A DNA stretch of 64,000 nucleotides, taken from the NCBI GenBank assembly GCA_002104945.1, contig MCFH01000044.1:186001-250000 (forward strand), in the 5' to 3' direction. A program made the position numbers and the translations under genes. Source of the stretch: Piromyces finnis finn (Eukaryota > Fungi > Neocallimastigomycota). The notes under the pieces are model-generated. The model saw only the letters and a list, made by a program, of their open reading frames with translations. It made no database searches and had not been told where the DNA came from. How positions within the stretch are numbered: the stretch's first letter is position 1; each line of letters begins with the position of its first letter. Positions 63,307-64,000 of the stretch are shown here, in pieces.

Positions 63307-64000
63307 ATGAAAATATATTTAAAGAAAAAAATTATTGCAACTTTAGTATTAGGTATCGTATTATTCATTGGTTCCTTTTTATTAATTTTATCAATTGCTA
63401 ATAAAAATAAAAATTATGCTGTTGAAGAAACCATTGATGACATTTTAAATACAAACGATGAACATATGAATATGTTTAACAATGATGAAAACATTAATGT
63501 TGATTTTGACAGAACAAATCCAATAAATAATAAAGAAGATGCTAATATTGACAATGAAAATGTTAATTATTCAAATGAGATTCAATATGATGAAGAAGCA
63601 GAAGAAAGAGAATCTGAATTATATCTTTGTAATGAAAATCTAAAAATGTTAAAAGATAAACTTAATTCTACTATGAGAGAAAATACTAAGAAAGAAAATC
63701 TTATGGAAAACTTTGCATACAAATATTTAAGTACTGATATTGTATTTAATAATTTTGTTGATATAAGAAATCGTGCTGAACTTCATACCATGCTTTGGAG
63801 AAAAATTTATGGAGATGGTCCATATACATCTGCCACACCAGATATTAATGATGTTATTTTGAATCCTGGTAGTTTAACTGGAGATAAAAAACTTTTAGCT
63901 ATTCTTCATAAAAAATTATACCCATGGCTCTATGAAAAATTTAAATCACCTTCTAGTCTTTTAAGAAGTTTTAAGGGTAAAGGTATTGTCATTTGTACTG
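63307..64000 (+). CDS. Type II membrane glycosyltransferase, probably GT71 (MNN1/MNN2-like) alpha-mannosyltransferase; 5' part, runs off the window
   Basis: Open frame from ATG 63307 to the window end: short basic N-terminus, TM anchor (IIATLVLGIVLFIGSFLLILSIA), N/D/E-rich stem, then KLYPWL..SLLRSFKGKGIVICT, resembling the start of the GT71 catalytic domain. Absent from the ORF track because it lacks a stop. Confidence 0.65.
   Translation, partial: MKIYLKKKIIATLVLGIVLFIGSFLLILSIANKNKNYAVEETIDDILNTNDEHMNMFNNDENINVDFDRTNPINNKEDANIDNENVNYSNEIQYDEEAEERESELYLCNENLKMLKDKLNSTMRENTKKENLMENFAYKYLSTDIVFNNFVDIRNRAELHTMLWRKIYGDGPYTSATPDINDVILNPGSLTGDKKLLAILHKKLYPWLYEKFKSPSSLLRSFKGKGIVICT

Overview
Extremely AT-rich, intron-rich eukaryotic DNA. 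Composition, gene content and a Cys-rich family member suggest an anaerobic gut fungus (Neocallimastigomycota); this is an inference. The window holds about 17 mostly housekeeping loci: the 3' end of exportin-4, an EVI5/Gyp5-type TBC RabGAP, a stand-alone N4BP2-like P-loop kinase, a disrupted Cys-rich membrane-protein gene, a Lys/Pro-rich hypothetical protein, TXNL1, SSU72, a GAF-GAF-PAS-cyclase-like-TPR protein, AP-3 delta, NOP16, DUS3, the PP4 catalytic subunit, SHQ1, a low-complexity hypothetical protein, an ACAP-type ArfGAP, an intronless GPI13/PIGO, V-ATPase subunit a, and the 5' part of a GT71-like mannosyltransferase. I found no rRNA, tRNA, CRISPR or intact mobile element. Two observations stand out. 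(1) The exportin-4 gene contains a U12-type AT-AC intron (560-659), implying a working minor spliceosome; the other introns I reconstructed are GT-AG. (2) The cyanobacterial CyaB-like GAF-GAF-PAS-cyclase-TPR protein keeps the cNMP-binding signature in both GAF domains but has lost both metal-binding Asp residues, so it is a candidate pseudo-cyclase cNMP sensor. Exon boundaries were reconstructed by hand and need RNA-seq confirmation.
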